A stretch of DNA of 64,000 bases from Macrostomum lignano (taxonomy: Eukaryota), in contig NIVC01000731.1 in assembly GCA_002269645.1 (NCBI GenBank), forward strand, positions 395,048-459,047. Reading direction: 5' to 3'. Each line of letters begins with the position of its first letter. The stretch's first letter is position 1. Below are positions 45,996 through 59,427 of the stretch, piece after piece. Made by a program: the position numbers and the translations under genes. Under the pieces are notes generated by a model. That model searched no databases. It was not told where the DNA came from and worked only from the letters and a program-made list of their open reading frames with translations.

Positions 45996-48900
45996 ATGCC
46001 AGTCCACCTGCTAACGTGGAACATTAATGGCATCAGGTCTCTGCCGCGGCCCTTTGCCGAAGTGCTGCCCTCATTGGGCGCCGATATTGTCTGCCTGCAG
46101 GAGACCAAAGTGACGCGTGAGCCTCTGCTCTGTTTTGTTTTTCTGCCCCAGCTGCGTGGGTGCGGCAGTTGAAGGGGGGGGGGGGGTGAGTCGCTGGTGC
46201 AGCCCGAGTTCAACCCGAGGGTGACCGCAGTGCTGTCTGGGTCCGCGCTTTCATTGGACAATGGGATTGGATAAGCTTATTTATAGCTGGGGTCGCTGCC
46301 GGCCTGACGTCGGTGCTTGCTTTCATTTGGGCCAGCCAGAGCGTGGCATTTTAATTTGTATTGCTTTAGAGGCTGCTCAGAGACTCACTATGTAAAGATT
46401 GTCCGCCGCAGGCGACCAACTGGACAGCAGCCTCGTCCATGTCGACGGATTCAACGCGTTCTTCGCCTTCTGCCGAGTCCGCGGCGGCTACTCCGGTGTA
46501 GCCGTCTACTGCTCCGACCGGCTGCGCCCACTGCGCGCCGGCGACTCCCTGCTGGGCGCCGGCGGACCCGACGACTCCGTGGGCTCCTGGCCTGATGGGC
46601 CCGGCCTGTCCGCTGCCGTCGGCTGCGACGATGACCCGGCGGCCCGGGTGGCCTTGGACAGCGAAGGCCGCTGCCTGCTGATCGAATTTCCCACCAGGTC
46701 TGTGTTGGCGCGTTTGCTTGATGGCCTCACCCCAGATCCTCAGTCTCTGGGCCAGCCTCCCAGATCCTCAGTCTCTGGGCCAGCCTCCCAGATCCTCAGT
46801 CTCTGGGCCAGCCTCCCAGATCCTCAGTCTCTGGGCCAGCCTCCCAGATCCTCAGTTACTGGACCAGCCTCCCAGATCCTCAGTCTCTGGGCCAGCCTCC
46901 CAGATCCTCAGACTCTGGGCCAGCCTCCCAGATCCTCAGTTGCTGGGCCAGCCTCCCAGATCCTCAGTTGCTGGGCCAGCCTCCCAGATCCTCAGTCTCT
47001 GGTCCAGCCTCCCAGATCCTCAGTCTCTGGGCCAGCCTCCCAGATCCTCAGTCTCTGGGCCAGCCTCCCAGATCCTCAGTTACTGGACCAGCCTCCCAGA
47101 TCCTCAGTCTCTGGGCCAGCCTCCCAGATCCTCAGTTGCTGGGCCAGCCTCCCAGATCCTCAGTTACTGGACCAGCCTCCCAGATCCTTAGTTGCTGGGC
47201 CAGCCTCCCAGATCCTCAGTCTCTGGGCCAGCCTCCCAGATCCTCAGTCTCTGGGCCAGCCTCCCAGATCCTCAGTTGCTGGGCCAGCCTCCCAGATCCT
47301 CAGTTGCTGGGCCAGCCTCCCAGATCCTCAGTTGCTGGGCCAGCCTCCCAGATCCTCAGTCTCTGGGCCAGCCTCCCAGATCCTCAGTCTCTGGGCCAGC
47401 CTCCCAGATCCCCAGTTACTGGACCAGCCTCCCAGATCCTCAGTTGCTGGGCCAGCCTCCCAGATCCTCAGTCTCTGGGCCAGCCTCCCAGATCCTCAGT
47501 CTCTGGGCCAGCCTCCCAGATCCTTAGTTGCTGGGCCAGCCTCCCAGATCCTCAGTCTCTGGGCCAGCCTCCCAGATCCTCAGTCTCTGGGCCAGCCTCC
47601 CAGATCCTCAGTCTCTGGGCCAGCCTCCCAGATCCTCAGTTGCTGGGCCAGCCTCCCAGATCCTCAGTTGCTGGGCCAGCCTCCCAGATCCTCAGTTGCT
47701 GGGCCAGCCTCCCAGATCCTCAGTCTCTGGGCCAGCCTCCCAGATCCTCAGTTGCTGGGCCAGCCTCCCAGATCCTCAGTTGCTGGGCCAGCCTCCCAGA
47801 TCCTCAGTTGCTGGGCCAGCCTCCCAGATCCTCAGTCTCTGGGCCAGCCTCCCAGATCCTCAGTCTCTGGGCCAGCCTCCCAGATCCCCAGTTACTGGAC
47901 CAGCCTCCCAGATCCTCAGTTGCTGGGCCAGCCTCCCAGATCCTTAGTTGCTGGGCCAGCCTCCCAGATCCTTAGTTGCTGGGCCAGCCTCCCAGATCCT
48001 CAGTCTCTGGGCCAGCCTCCCAGATCCTCAGTCTCTGGGCCAGCCTCCCAGATCCTCAGTCTCTGGGCCAGCCTCCCAGATCCTCAGTTGCTGGGCCAGC
48101 CTCCCAGATCCTCAGTTGCTGGGCCAGCCTCCCAGATCCTCAGTTGCTGGGCCAGCCTCCCAGATCCTCAGTTGCTGGGCCAGCCTCCCAGATCCTCAGT
48201 TGCTGGGCCAGCCTCCCAGATCCTCACTCACTCAATTTCTACGCCTGCAACAAAGCAGCGACGGCCGCGGCCTGGTGCTCATTACCGTCTACTGCCCGAA
48301 TGCCGACCCGTCCAACGAGGCTCGAATGCAGTTCAAAATGCGCTACCACCGGCTGCTGCGGCTGAGGGCGGACTGCCTGCTCAGGAGTGGCAAGTGAGCG
48401 GCCCTGACTAACTGTGGTGCTGTCATTTTCTCCGGGTCTTTTGCGTCTGCGTCCTTTGAGCCATGCAGTCTCAAAGCCCCGTATTTGTTAGTGCTCTATT
48501 TGAGTCCTGAGGTATTGAGTACTTATCTCCGATTCCTGAAGTCTTGCCATTTCAAGAGTCTGGCCATCCCTGAGGCCTGAAGTTTCGAGTCTGGCCATCC
48601 CTGAGCCCTGAAGTGTGGACCCATTTTGACCATCCCTGAGGCTTGAAGTGTCGAGTCTGACCATCCCTGAGGCCTTAAGGTTTTTTTGGTCCCTGAGACC
48701 TGAAGTTTTGAGTCTGGCCATCCCTGAGGCCTGAAGTTTTGAGTCTGGCCATCCCTGAGGCCTGAAGTTTTGAGTCTGGCCATCCCTGAGGCCTGAAGTT
48801 TTGAGTCTGGCCATTCCTGAGGCCTGAAGTGTCGAGTCTGACCATCCCTGAGGCCTGAAGTGTCGAATCTGACCATCCCTGAGGCCTGAAGTGTCGAATC

Positions 48901-51900
48901 TGACCATTCCTGAGGCCTGAAGTGTCGAGTCTGACCATCCCTGAGGCCTGAAGTGTCGAGTCTGGCCATCCCTGAGGCCTGAAGTGTCGAGTCTGACCAT
49001 CCCTGAGGCCTGAAGTGTCGAGTCTGGCCATCCCTGAGGCCTGAAGTGTCGAGCCTGGTCATTCCTCAGCCCTGCTGTTTTTTAACCTTCCATCTTTAAA
49101 CTGGTCCCCTCTTCGTCAACTAATTATCATAATTTATGCGGGACCAACCGACTCCCACTCGCAGGCACGTGATCATCGCCGGCGACCTGAACGTGTCGCA
49201 CCGCCTCATCGATCACTGCGAGACGGCCGAGGCTCTGCCGATCAGCGGCGGCGATGGCGAGGTGAGGTTTTGGGTTGTTGTCAAGGCCGCGTGCCCGCGA
49301 GAATTATCTCTAATTCAACTGAGAGCTCTCGTTCTTGCCCCCCCCCTTTTGAGGGCAGGACAGGCAGTCATTAGAGAGATAAGAGATAAGCGAGCGCGCG
49401 CACCTGAGCACCTGCCTAAAATTGCCCTTGATTTGCTCCGCTTCAGTGGCTGCTCCAAAGGATATCCGATCCGCCCATCCCCTTCCCCGGCCATGGCATT
49501 TCCGCCCCTCCCATCCCTCATCTGTGTGTCTGTTCAACCCGGCTTCAGTGCCTTGTGAGTGCAGGTGCACTTTGCCGGTGTGAGTAGCAGTTTCAGAGCT
49601 AATTATTGGCTGTTATAGTTATTATTTTTGTTCTCGTCTTTTAGCGGATTGCAAAATTCAACAAATCTGCTAGATTTGGTGCTTAGCTGTTAGATTTGGC
49701 GCTTAGCTGTTAGATTTGGCGCTTAGCTGTTAGATTTGACGCTTAGCTGTTAGATTTGGTGCTTAGCTGTTAGATTTGGTGCTTATCTGTTAGATTTGAC
49801 GCTTAGCTGTTAGATTTGACGCTTAGCTGTTAGATTTGGTGCTTAGCTATTAGATTTGGCGCTTAGCTGTTAGATTTGGCGCTCAGCTGTTAGAATTGGC
49901 GCTTAGCTGTTAGATTTGGTGCTTAGCTGTTAGATTTGGCGTTTTTCTGTTAGATTTGGCGCTTAGCTGTTAGATTTGGCGCTTAGCTGTTAGATTTGGT
50001 GCTTAGCTATTAGATTTGGCGCTTAGCTGTTAGATTTGGCGCTCAGCTGTTAGAATTGGCGCTTAGCTGTTAGATTTGGTGCTTAGCTGTTAGATTTGGC
50101 GTTTTTCTGTTAGATTTGGTGCTTAGCTGTTAGATTTGGCGTTTTTCTGTTAGATTTGGCGCTTAGCTGTTAGATTTGGCGCTTAGCTGTTAGATTCGGT
50201 GCTTAGCTGTTTGATTTGGCGCTTAGCTGTTAGATTCGGTGCTTAGCTGTTAGATTTGGCGCTTAGCTGTTAGATTTGGTGCTTAGCTGTTAGATTTGGC
50301 GCTTAGCTGTTAGATTTGGTGCTTAGCTGTTAGATTTGGCGCTTAGCTGTTAGATTTGGTGCTTAGCTGTTAGATTTGGTGCTTAGCTGTTAGATTTGGC
50401 GCTTAGCTGTTAGATTTGGCGCTTAGCTGTTAGATTTGGCGCTTAGCTGTTAGATTTGGCGCTTAGCTATTAGATTTGGCGCTTAGCTGTTAGATTTGGT
50501 GCTTAGCTGTTAGATTTGGTGCTTAGCTGTTAGATTTGGTGCTTAGCTGTTAGATTTGGTGCTTAGCTGTTAGATTTGGCGCTTAGCTGTTAGATTTGGT
50601 GCTTAGCTGTTAGATTTGACGCTTAGCTGTTAGATTTGGTGCTTAGCTGTTTGATTTGGCGCTTAGCTGTTAGATTTGGCGCTTAGCTGTTAGGTTTGGC
50701 GCTTAGCTGTTGGGTTTGGCGCTTAGCTATTAGATATAGCGCTTAGCTGTTAGATAAGGCACTCATGTACTGTATTACATGCCCATCTGAAGTACCCAGC
50801 TGAATATCAGACCACTTAACTTGCAGCTTATCTCCACACTGTAGTCATTTTTTGTCCCGTCATAAAATTTCTGCACCACAAAATGCCAGCAGCTTGTTGA
50901 GCCTCCGGAAACCGTCCCGCGCCCGTTTCTTAACCCCCTCTCCCCCCTGGTCACGTGCCCCCAACCCCGCGTTTGCCTGCTGACCAGCCCAGCCCAGCCC
51001 CCCCCCCCCTCATGGCAGGACCTGTCAGCCCGAGTGCAGTCGCAGTTTGCCACGGGTGCGGCTGGAATTTTTGCTAACAGAATAATTTTAATCCGCTTCT
51101 TTTCATTCAATGGCGACTAACTGCCGTCCTGCCCTCTTCTCCCCACTGCTGGGGTCTCTGCGGACTGCGGGATCTCCCACTATCTGGCCCAAATCATTTT
51201 ACAACCGTTGAGTCTGCGTTTCGTAGAGACAGGGCGGTGCGAGCTGGTACCGACACTGCCTAAATGTCGGACTGGGCTGTCAATGAGACAACTTCTTCTG
51301 TTATAATGTATTTGTAGGTGCTTATTGAGACACAGTTGCTTAAGCAAATATGCTCTGTTGGAGAGCTGGAAGGCACCCATTCCAGTGGTGGGGGAGTGCC
51401 AATTCCAGTGCTGGTGGGAGTGCCAATTCCAGTGCTGGGGGAAACGCCAATTCCAGTGCTGGGGGGAGTGCCAATTCCAGTGCTGGGGGAAACGCCGATT
51501 CCAGTGCTGGGGGAAACGCCAATTCCAGTGCTGGGGGAAACGCCGATTCCAGTGCTGGGGAAGCGCCAATTCCAGTGCTGGGGAAATGCCAATTCCAGTT
51601 GGGGGAAATGCCGATTCCAGTGCTGGGGGAAGCGCCAATTCCAGTGGTGGGGGAAGCGCCAATACCATTGCTGGGGGGAGCGCCAATTTCAGTGGTGGGG
51701 GAAGCGCCAATTCCATTGCTGAGGGGAGCGCCAATTCCGGTGGTGGGGGAAGCGCCAATTCCATTTCTGAGGGGAGCGCCAATTCAAGTGGTGAGGGAAA
51801 CGCCAATTCCATTGCTGGGGGAAACGCCAATTCCAGTGCTGGGGGAAACGCCAATTCCAGTGCTGGGGGAAACGCCAATTCCAGTGCTGGGGGAAACGCC

Positions 51901-54900
51901 AATTCCAGTGCTGGGGGAAACGCCAATTCCAGTGCTGGGGGAAACGCCAATTCCAGTGCTGGGGGAAACGCCAATTCCAGTGCTGGGGGAAACGCCAATT
52001 CCAGTGCTGGGGGAAACGCCAATTCCAGTGCTGGGGAAACGCCAATTCCAGTGCTGGGGGAAACGCCAATTCCAGTGCTGGGGGAAACGCCAATTCCAGT
52101 GCTGGGGGAAACGCCAATTCCAGTGCTGGGGGAAACGCCAATTCCAGTGCTGGGGGAAACGCCGATTCCAGTGCTGGGGGAAACGCCAATTCCAGTAATG
52201 GGGGGCACCAATTCTAGTGCTGGGTGGTGCCAATGCCAGTGCTGAGGGGAGCGCCAGTTCCAGTGCACCAATTTGGATGCCCGTGTACGAAATTTTCCAT
52301 TCATAATAGATAATAAATTTATATTTATATTAAATTTGCATCTCAAAGGCTGCAATGCTCCCTCATCTAAGGGCTGCTGTATCAGGCTACGGACAGATGA
52401 ATTCTAACAAACTAAGTACCCAGAGCTCTTGTGTATTTATTGTCTAAACTGCCTCTGTTCCTGTTTGTCCAAGCTCTTAGAGAAATTAGAACTCGCCGAT
52501 AGTTTTAAAACTTGTAACTATTCACTCATAGATGATTCACTGATAGATGATGCAGAGTGCTCAGTCTCTGTGTTGGGACATGAAAATCGGGATGAAACTC
52601 CCTCTCAGGCTTAGCAATCTATCCAGTTTCAATTTGGCGTAGGCGGTCGGGTAGTTGCTGCTTCTGCTGTTGCTCTCTTGCCAAGCCCCCTATCAGCCCT
52701 GCTCAGCGGGCGGCTGGCTACTCAGGCTGAGCTGAGCAAAATTCTACACTGTATGAAGCTCCGCGCAGATGAGGGCAGCCTGCGGGGATCAGCAAAGAGT
52801 ATGGAGGGAAGCGGATGCTGAGCAATCCAATTTGCCAAATTGTCATCGCTTTTTTACACGCGGCTTCTAAAAGTGCAGAAAAATATAGATGATTTTTGGG
52901 GAATTAAACTGATAAAGAATGTATTGATAGCGCAGAGCACAGGGAGTTAAACTGATAAAGAATGTCTTGATAGCGCAGAGCACAGGGAGTTAAACTGATA
53001 AAGCATGTCTTGATAGCGCAGAGCACACGGAGTTGAACTGATAAAGAATGTCTTGATAGCGCAGAGAACACGGCGTTAAACTGATAAAGAATGTCTTGAT
53101 AGCGCAGAGCACACGGAGTTGAACTGATAAAGAATGTCTTGATAGCGCAGAGCACACGGAGTTGAACTGATAAAGAATGTCTTGATAGCGCAGAGAACAC
53201 GGCGTTAAACTGATAAAGCATGTCTTGATAGCGCAGAGAACAGGGAGTTAAACTGATAAAGCATGTCTTGATAGCGCAGAGAACAGGGAGTTAAACTGAT
53301 AAAGCATGTCTTGATAGCGCAGAGCACACGGAGTTAAACTGATAAAGCATGTCTTGATAGCGCAGAGCACAGGGTAATTAAACTGATAAAGAATGCCTTG
53401 ATAGCACAGAGCACAGGAAATTAAACTAAGTTTGGTTAAAATTAAGTTCGGAGCATATAAAAGTGCATCGACTTTCTGGAATTTGGGTCTCCGGTTTTTT
53501 CTTAAGAGTCGGAGACCCCCTGACTCTTTCTGTCTGGAGGTCAATCGAGAACCAGTTGCACTTCCCTGTCGCACTTCCCTGTCTGGGGCAGCGGGGAGTT
53601 GGAGACTAATAAACCAACTTTTAAGCGTCTCCACTGGTGTCTGTCAGAACAGAAAAGCGCTCCTGCACAATGGTGTAACATGCTGTAACATATGCTTTAT
53701 CGAGGAGAGAATGAGAGCGCAACTCCTGAGACTACTAAGCGGGATCGCTGCTCCAAAGCCAAGATAAAACACCTGACACCCACTAGCACTCAGTACGCAT
53801 TTCTGAGGCTACCCCATCAGTAGGCTGAGGCCACCCTATCAGCAGGGTGAGGCCTCCCTATCAGTAGGCTGAGGCCACCCTATCAGCAGAGTGAGGCTAC
53901 CCTATCAGCAGGGTGAGGCCACCCTATCAGCAGGGTGAGGCTACCCTATCAGCAGGGCGAGGCTACCCTATCAGCAGGGCGAGGCTACCCTATTAGGGTG
54001 GGGCTACCCTATCAGCAGGGTGAGGCTACCCTATCATCAGGCTGAGGCTACCCTATCAGCAGGGTGAGGCTACCCTATCAGCAGGGTGAGGCTACCTTAT
54101 CAGCAGGGTGAGGCCACCCTATCAGCAGGGTGAGGCTACCCTATCAGCAGGGTGAGGCTACCTTATCAGCAGGGTGAGGCCACCCTATCAGCAGGGTGAG
54201 GCTACCCTATCAGCAGGGTGAGGCCACCCTATCAGCAGAGTGAGGCTACCCTATCAGCAGGGTGAGGCTACCCTATCAGCAGGCTGAGGCTACCCTATTA
54301 GGGTGGGGCTACCCTATCAGCAGGGTATCATAATGTGAAATAAGGCGCAGGTTCAGCCGTAGTCCTCATTTCCTGTTTGCGTTGAGAAGCTAAAAATTAC
54401 CAAGGCAATAAAAAGCTTTAAAGCTTTTCAAAGCAGTAATCAGCTGCGTAAAAAAGCTTTTACAACTATCGAATTCAAGCGCAGACAGAGACGGCCAGTG
54501 CATCGATTTTTGATAACTGATTGATTTTCTGGCCTGGGATCGCATTGCCGCTGCGTTAGTCAGGGATCAGGCAGACCCTGAGCCGGATTACTCTGGCCTT
54601 CCTTGTTATAAAAAGCCTCTGTGTGGAATTAATCGCTTGACTTTTTCTGCTTCCTGGGTTCACTTGCTAAGGCAGCAACACCAGTGTCCTTTGCTGGTAG
54701 TGCCAGACAGTGCTAAAGCAACGATTGGCCACCGCCTCCGTTTCCATGGCAGCCGGCCGGCCGCGGCTCCTACTCGGACGCGCTGCACCAGTCCTTCCTG
54801 GCCAAGCCGGTGCGGCACTGGCTGGACCGGCTGCTGGTTGCCAGGCAGCGGGACCCCGCACTCGCTGCTCACCGAGGCGAGCTCAGCTCCGAGTCGGACT

Positions 54901-57896
54901 CGAACTCGGACTCAAATTCCGACTCCGGCTCCGCTGACGATGCCGACCAGCGCCGATTTATCGACGCATTCCGTCAGCGGCACCCGGACAGGCGGGACGC
55001 GTACACCTGCTGGTGCAGCCGCACGGGGGCGCGGCAGACCAACTACGGCAATCGGATTGACTACGTGCTGGGTGAGTGTCTGAGCCTTGCTGTTGAAGAA
55101 AGCCGCTTGCTCCTTGGGGCGAGAGGGGAGACAAGATAGGGGAGAAAGGGGAGACAGGAGAGAAGTAGAGGGGAAAAATGAGAGTGGGCGAGAGGGGGAA
55201 CGGAAGAAGAGAGGAGAGAGAGGGAAACGCGAAAGGGGTAGAGGGGAGAAAGAGGGAGACGGGAGAGGGCGAGACGTGAGAGGAGAGAGGGGTGAGACGC
55301 GAGAGGGGGAGAGGGGAGAGAGAGGGAGATGGGAGAGGAGAGAGAGTTAGAGACACGAGGAGGAGACGTGAGAGGAGAGAGGGGGGGAGACGCGAGAGGA
55401 GAGAGGGAGACGGAAGAGAAGAGAGGGGGAGACGGGAGAGGAGAGAGGGGGAGACGCGAGAGGAGAGAGGGAGACGGGAGAGGGCGAGACGGGAGAGGAG
55501 ATAGAGGGAGACGGGAGAGGAGAGAGAGTTAGAGACACGAGGAGGAGACGTGAGAGGAGAGAGGGGGGGAGACGCGAGAGGAGAGAGGGAGACGGAAGAG
55601 AAGAGAGGGGGAGACGGGAGAGGAGAGAGGGGAGACGCGAGAGGAGAGAGGGAGACGGGAGAGGGCGAGACGTGAAAGGAGAGAGGGGGAGACGCGAGAG
55701 GGGGAGAGGGAGAGAGAGGGAGATGGGAGAGGAGAGAGAGTTAGAGACACGAGGAGGAGACGTGAGAGGAGAGAGGGGGGAGACGCGAGAGGAGAGAGGG
55801 AGACGGAAGAGAAGAGAGGGGGAGACGGGAGAGGAGAGAGGGGGAGACGCGAGAGGAGAGAGGGAGACGGGAGAGGGCGAGACGTGAGAGGAGAGAGGGG
55901 GGAGACGCGAGAGGGGGAGAGGGGAGAGAGAGGGAGATGGGAGAGGAGAGAGAGTTAGAGACACGAGGAGGAGACGTGAGAGGAGAGAGGGGGGAGACGC
56001 GAGAGGAGAGAGGGAGACGGAAGAGAAGAGAGGGGGAGACGGGAGAGGAGAGAGGGGGAGACGCGAGAGGAGAGAGGGAGACGGGAGAGGGCGAGACGTG
56101 AGAGGAGAGAGGGGGAGACGCGAGAGGGGAGAGGGAGAGAGAGGGAGATGGGAGAGGAGAGAGAGTTAGAGACACGAGGAGGAGACGTGAGAGGAGAGGG
56201 GGGGAGACGCGAGAGGAGAGAGGGAGACGGAAGAGAAGAGAGGGGGAGACGGGAGAGGAGAGAGGGGAGACGCGAGAGGAGAGAGGGAGACGGGAGAGGG
56301 CGAGACGGGAGAGGAGATAGAGGGAGACGGGAGAGGAGAGAGAGTTAGAGACACGAGGAGGAGACGTGAGAGGAGAGAGGGGGAGACGGGGAGACGGGAG
56401 AGGAGAGACGGGAGACGGGAGAGGAGAGAGGGGAGACGGAGAGAGAGATAGAGGGAGACGGGAGAGGAGAGAGAGTTAGAGACACGAGGGGGAGACGGGA
56501 GAGGAGAGAGAGTTAGAGACACGAGGGGGAGACGGGAGAGGAGAGAGAGTTAGAGACACGAGGGGAGACGGGAGAGGAGAGAGAGTTAGAGACACGAGGG
56601 GGAGACGGGAGAGGAGAGAGAGTTAGAGACACGAGGGGGAGACGGGAGAGGAGAGAGAGTTAGAGACACGAGGGGAGACGGGAGAGGAGAGAGAGGAGGA
56701 GACGTGAGAGGAGAGAGGGGGGACGCGAGAGGAGAGAGGGAGACGGGAGAGGAGAGAGGGAGACGGATAGGAGAGAGGGAGACGGGAGACGGGAGAGGAG
56801 AGAGGGAGACGGGAGAGGAGAGAGGGAGACGGGAGAGGAGAGAGGGAGACGGGAGAGGAGAGAGGGAGACGGGAGAGAGAGAGAGGGAGACGGGAGAGGA
56901 GAGAGGGAGACGGGAGAGGGGAGACGGAGACGGGAGAGGGGGAGACGCGAGAGGAGAGAGAGAGGGAGACGGGAGAGGAGGAGACGCGATAGGAGAGAGT
57001 TAGAGACACGAAGGGGGAGACGGGAGAGGAGAGAGAGAGAAAGAGACTGGGAGGCTTTCAGGCCATAGCTCAAGACAGCACTGTCCTGAGGAGGCACCTG
57101 GGACTCGCCTCATAAACGGGTGGCTACTAATGCTGGGTCGATTGTGCCCGCTCGCATTGAAGAGCCTCCAGATGCTTTGCTAGCGTTAGCGGTCCTTGAC
57201 TCTTTGTTATCCAATTTTGTTTCCAGTCAGTCACAGCCTGGCGGACCAGCTGCTGGACTGCGACATCCAGCCAGAGGTGTCCGGCTCCGACCACTGTCCG
57301 GTGCTGGCCGTCCTGTCCGACGGCTACCCGCTGTCCGCGCCGCCCGACCAGCCGCTGCCGTCGTTGGCCGCCGCTCGCCTGCCGGAATTCGCCGCCCGTC
57401 AGCGAAGAATCAGCGACTTTCTGGCGCCATGGCGCGGCGCTCAGCAGGCGCCGATGCCACCGGCAAAGCAGGAGCCGCCGCCAGCCTCGCTGAAGAAGCG
57501 AAAGCAGCCGCAGCAGCAGCCGCAGCCGGCAGCGAAGCGGCGCCAGGCCAGCCTGTCTTCATTCTTCGCCAAGCCGACGCCGACGCCGGAGGTCGCAGCG
57601 CCGGCCGCCGACAGCAGCGTTGAGAAGGCCGCCGCGGAATCAGACAGCAACGGCTCAGTCTCAGCATCATCAGCTTCATCAACCGCAGCGTCCAGCAGTC
57701 AGCAGTGGCGGCAGCTGCTGACCGGACCGGAGAAGCCGCCGCTGTGCCGCGGCCACGGCGAGGCCTGCCTGCTGCGCACGGTGAAGAAGGACGGGCCGAA
57801 CCGCGGCCGCCGCTTCTGGGTCTGCCGAGGCCCGAGGGCTCGGCCAAGAATGCCGAGGCTCGCTGTGACACCTTCCTGTGGGTTGCCAAGCGCTGA
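45996..57896 (+). CDS. APEX2: DNA-(apurinic/apyrimidinic site) endonuclease 2 (ExoIII family with PIP-like motif and GRF zinc finger), 6 exons
   Basis: Exons 45996-46116, 46412-46697, 48259-48393, 49165-49261, 54792-55071, 57227-57896. Motifs [49 protein letters not shown]...[35 protein letters not shown]...[12 protein letters not shown] one-C deletion at 57825-57826 shifts the final CDTFLW segment. Confidence 0.95.
46726..48228 (+). repeat. 28-bp minisatellite filling APEX2 intron 2
   Basis: Unit CTGGGCCAGCCTCCCAGATCCTCAGT(CT/TG), ~53 copies. Confidence 0.97.
48555..49060 (+). repeat. 31-bp minisatellite in APEX2 intron 3
   Basis: Unit GAGGCCTGAAGTGTCGAGTCTGGCCATCCCT. Confidence 0.94.
49668..50757 (+). 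repeat. 20-bp minisatellite in APEX2 intron 4
   Basis: Unit GTTAGATTTGG(C/T)GCTTAGCT, ~54 copies. Confidence 0.97.
51378..52262 (+). repeat. 24-bp G-run minisatellite in APEX2 intron 4
   Basis: Unit GGGGGAAACGCCAATTCCAGTGCT. Confidence 0.96.
52905..53428 (+). repeat. 43-bp minisatellite in APEX2 intron 4
   Basis: Unit AACTGATAAAG(A/C)ATGTCTTGATAGCGCAGAGCACACGGAGTT(A/G), ~12 copies. Confidence 0.95.
53808..54327 (+). repeat. 22-bp minisatellite in APEX2 intron 4
   Basis: Unit GCTACCCTATCAGCAGGGTGAG. Confidence 0.95.
55128..57042 (+). repeat. Polypurine (GA-rich) complex repeat with higher-order structure, APEX2 intron 5
   Basis: GGAGAGAGGGAGACG-type monomers punctuated by a recurring GAGAGAGTTAGAGACACGAGG landmark. 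Confidence 0.93.
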
Positions 57897-57916
57897 CTGA
57901 ATGTAAAGGGGCCGGC

Positions 57917-58432
57917 TCTGTCAGCTGTGCTGTCGGTTTGTCAGCTATTCTGTCAGTTTGTCTGTCAGCAATTCTGTCAGTTTGTCTGTCAGCAATTCTG
58001 TCAGTTTGTCTGTCAGCTATTCTGTCAGTTTGTCTGTCAGCAATTCTGTCAGTTTGTCTGTCAGCAATTCTGTCAGTTTGTCTGTCAGCAATTCTGTCAG
58101 TTTGTCTGTCAGTTTGTCTGTCAGCAATTCTGTCAGTTTGTCTGTCAGCTATTCTGTCAGTTTGTCTGTCAGCTATTCTGTCAGTTTGTCTGTCAGCAAT
58201 TCTGTCAGTTTGTCTGTCAGCTATTCTGTCATTTTGTCGGTCAGTTTGTCTGTCAGCAATTCTGTCAGTTTGTCTGTCAGTTTGTCTGTCAGCAATTCTG
58301 TCAGTTTGTCTGTCAGCAATTCTGTCAGTTTGTCTGTCAGTTTGTCTGTCAGCAATTCTGTCAGTTTGTCTGTCAGCAATTCTGTCATTTTGTCGGTCAG
58401 TTTGTCTGTCAGCTATGCTGTCAGTTTGTCAG
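57917..58432 (+). repeat. 24-bp minisatellite directly after the APEX2 stop codon
   Basis: Unit CTGTCAGTTTGTCTGTCAGCAATT. Confidence 0.95.
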
Positions 58433-59427
58433 CTGTGCTGTGAGTTTGTCAGCTCGATGCGCAGCTCTCCCAGCATTTCCTTGCCCAATGAATCCTTCAG
58501 TTGGCTGTAAGATGGTTAATGTCGGTGCATTCGTTTTCCTGCCTCCCTGACAGCCAGGTGGTGTTACACTGTTACATGCTACACTGTTACATGCTACACT
58601 GTTACATGCTACACTGTTACATGCTACATGTTACACTCCTTTGAATCTGTAGTCCTCAGACGATCAGTCTGTAAATTGCTGTAAAAATTGAATCATGCAC
58701 CATGCTTTTTTAAATTGTTTTTCTCCTACAAACTGGAGTTTCCGATTTAAGTGCGCACTTTGGCGGGAGCTGCAAACTCTTTCGTCTGCGCCTCAGAGTG
58801 CGCCGGGCCAGACTGACGGTGCATTTCTTCTTCTTCTTTTGCAAAAGCAGAAATCGTATATGTGACTTCTATTAGCATCCTGTCTGGTAGTTTCTATTTA
58901 GCCGTTCCGTGGGAACTTGCAAGTTTTTATATTCCGTACTCGGTGACTTGTTTTTAATTTCTTACTGTTTTTTTACAACTCGCAGCGTTTATGCAGTTCC
59001 CTCTCTTAATACCCCAATCTAAAAATTCCCTTAAGGAAATTCCCCCAAATATTGTAACGGATTGATCTCTGCTCAGAAATTACCTCATGTATGACCATCA
59101 TAGATATTCCTGTGCATGATTCTTAGATAGAAATTCCCTCTTACGAAATTCCCTGCTAAGAATTCCCTGGTAAGAATTCTCCTTTAAAAATTCCCCTGTT
59201 GAAAATTCCTCCTTACTAAATTCCGTGGTGAGAATTCCCCCTTATTAAATTTCCTGGTGGTAATCACTTACGAAATTCCCTAGTGAGAATTCCCCCTAAT
59301 GCAATTCCCCCAAGGAGCCACTTCAGCCGCTCATCATAAATCAGCTGTCATCGCCAATTCCATTGCAGCTGACTCAGCCAGACTCTCCACCCGGAATTCG
59401 CCACCGCCGCCACCGCCCCTGACGCGG

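Noticed and set aside
44283-46116. Ref-1/AP-1 feedback loop as the explanation of the TGAGTCA array
   Set aside because: Redox activation of AP-1 is an APE1/Ref-1 property. This gene has the PIP-like motif and GRF finger of APE2, so that link is not supported.
46399-48411. 670-aa ORF as a single repeat protein
   Set aside because: Only its first ~95 codons are APEX2 exon 2; the rest reads through a 28-bp intronic array flanked by good splice sites.
53430-53800. Possible LINE 3' remnant on the minus strand
   Set aside because: Only a vague resemblance to RTE-type C-termini, with stops in all frames; not supportable.
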